Source: Nemertoderma westbladi
Lineage: Eukaryota > Animalia > Xenacoelomorpha
Reading direction: 5' to 3'
NCBI GenBank assembly: GCA_032718475.1
Contig: JAUCBJ010006611.1
Coordinates: forward strand, 2,669-66,668
Length of the DNA stretch: 64,000 nt
Below are positions 62,151 to 64,000 of this stretch, one piece after another (within the stretch, counting starts at the first letter, position 1; the number at the start of each line of letters is the position of its first letter). The notes beneath the pieces were generated by a model, which was given only the letters and a program-made list of their open reading frames with translations, was not told where the DNA came from and searched no databases. The position numbers and the translations under genes are program-made.

Positions 62151-62500
62151 ATGGTAAGAAAGTATTCTGTTGGTGGTTGTCGAGCGAATTGCCGCCCTAA
62201 ACGTGAAAACGTACGTCTAATTTTTATAAACGCCACCTATTCCGTTTCCACCAGGTTATAGCTTATTTCCTAAGAGTGCTGTTGAGCTTGGTTCTTTTGC
62301 TGACTGTGCTCCCTAACGCAGTAACGTGATACTCTTACTGTATAATCATGATACTGTTACGTCGAATATGGGAGTTTGTCGGAGACATTGGCCGGTAACC
62401 GCTGAGTTCAAGAAGAGTGGAGGGCGTTTCAAAGTTCCGGCGAATCCACCATCTATCTTCGAGGGTGTAGCGCCTTTTATTATCCCTACAGTACTCCGCC
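62151..62500 (+). pseudogene. Degraded THAP-domain ORF (DNA transposon relic)
   Basis: MVRK..V.GC..N, FRF, VCRRHWP, PPSIF across frameshifts. Confidence 0.55.
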
Positions 62501-62909
62501 ACCTCCTCCTCACCCTGCATATCTCGTAGTTCGCCATCTTCACGAAATCCAGGTGTGGATCAGTTGGGCGAATTTTCAACTTTTCAACTGGACTTTCAAC
62601 TGGGTGATCGGCGGTTGGAAGGACGGCCATTGCCCGCTTTGTCAGTCCCCTAACAGAACGCCATATGGTCTATGTAGCGAGCCAGGCGTTGGTTAACAAC
62701 ATCGATATGAAGTAGTGGAATATATTCCACAAAACCATTCATTGCTTCTTCGGCTGCTATTATTGGCTGTAATCGGTACCTGTGCTTGAGGCTGTGACTA
62801 AGAATACCATAGAATTCAATATTATATTGAATGTGAGGTTGTCGAGTCTATGAAAGATGGTAAAATCCCCCCACCCCCGGATACTCCCATGCTGTAAAAC
62901 ATTATTACA

Positions 62910-63110
62910 TTACATTTTTCGAACCTTTCTCATCTGTATGTAAACACCATAGAATAATATTGCTAATGATTCCCTATGTAAAACCAAGACAATAGATTAG
63001 CCGTAACGCGACAATTAGCCGTAACGCGACTTTTAGAGTAGCCGTATCGCGACTTTTAAAGTCGCGTTACGGCTAATCTCCCAAAAAATTTGCCGTAACG
63101 CGACGACACC
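62910..63110 (-). repeat. Inverted copy of the 37485-37700 repeat
   Basis: Shared core and CCGTAACGCGAC subunits. Confidence 0.7.
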
Positions 63111-64000
63111 GGCTGCTTCCACCCCATCTATAGTACTGTACTGTATGTTGGTCTGCAGACATTCGCAGCACAAAGTCCCACAAGAGACATAAGGGCACTT
63201 ACTTATATAGCCTTAATGGCTTGCCGTGTGTAGATGTCTCACCGGATGTTTAATAAAAAAAATATATTCTAGGGATTATTTTAGTAGAAGGTAATTAAAA
63301 CTTTACCACACAAAGGAAGTATGCGCGCCTCATATCGGATGCGACAAGGTCCAATGCTCTAGTGCCGAAGGTATCACAAATCCGTTATTCTATGCGGTTG
63401 TTGTTTCTTTTGAATATTTTTTACATTTTCGTTAGTTAAATAATAAAGTTTTCATTATAATTCATCATATACACTTTCCAGATCCCCCAGTTCAGCATGT
63501 ATTACACGTTGCGGGGCCTTCGCGCAGCACGATAGACTATATAAGAAAGTGTACTAATCTCTAATAGATATACGAAAACCGTCATTCCCAAAATATCAAT
63601 GAGTGATGCCTTCAGTTTGCGTTAAACGGGTTGTAAAAAACAGATTTCAGTTTGCCCTTATACGCTTTAATTGTCCGGCGCTTAAATGCCAAAACCGTCT
63701 ATCTCATATTTACATAGTTTTGAGAAAAACTCAAAATACATAGGAGGCCTGTTATTTGATTCCTGATTGGTGGAAATCCTGTGAAATGATATTATTAGGT
63801 AAGCTATTATAGTCATAGAATTCTTTCAACAGCATTATCTGAAACTTCGATCTACACAGTGTAATGTGAGATAGAGCGTAATTGTAGCATAAAACTTACA
63901 AGTGCCAAAAATTGAATTTGGTTGGAAAATATGATATTTTTGAGTCTCATATTTGTGATCAGCGTCTCAGAAAATCCCTAATGTCATGAAATAGGGTTGA

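Overview
Repeat-rich eukaryotic (invertebrate animal-like) genomic DNA. The host part holds a galactose-3-O-sulfotransferase-like gene whose second exon is cut by an insertion, an intronless PH-RhoGAP ORF, a two-exon NUDT9 and an initiator tRNA-Met. Two large mobile elements dominate. (1) A full-length 18.4-kb Bel/Pao LTR retrotransposon (18743-37107; 1193-bp LTRs, AAAAT TSD) with no canonical PBS. It carries a ~1.4k-aa extra ORF with a DEDDy/WRN-like 3'-5' exonuclease-like domain and three zinc knuckles, preceded by long hairpins. (2) A complete 19.0-kb Polinton/Maverick (39314-58300; AGTAGT termini, AACGGC TSD) inserted into an RTE-like LINE. Besides pPolB, integrase, ATPase, MCP, two minor-capsid paralogs and a protease, it encodes a TATA-binding-protein-like ORF that overlaps the reconstructed pPolB stop, a PC4-like protein and a RING protein. 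52-bp and 90-bp satellites, MITEs, a SINE and TE fragments fill the rest. All protein assignments come from motif recognition by eye; no database searches were run.
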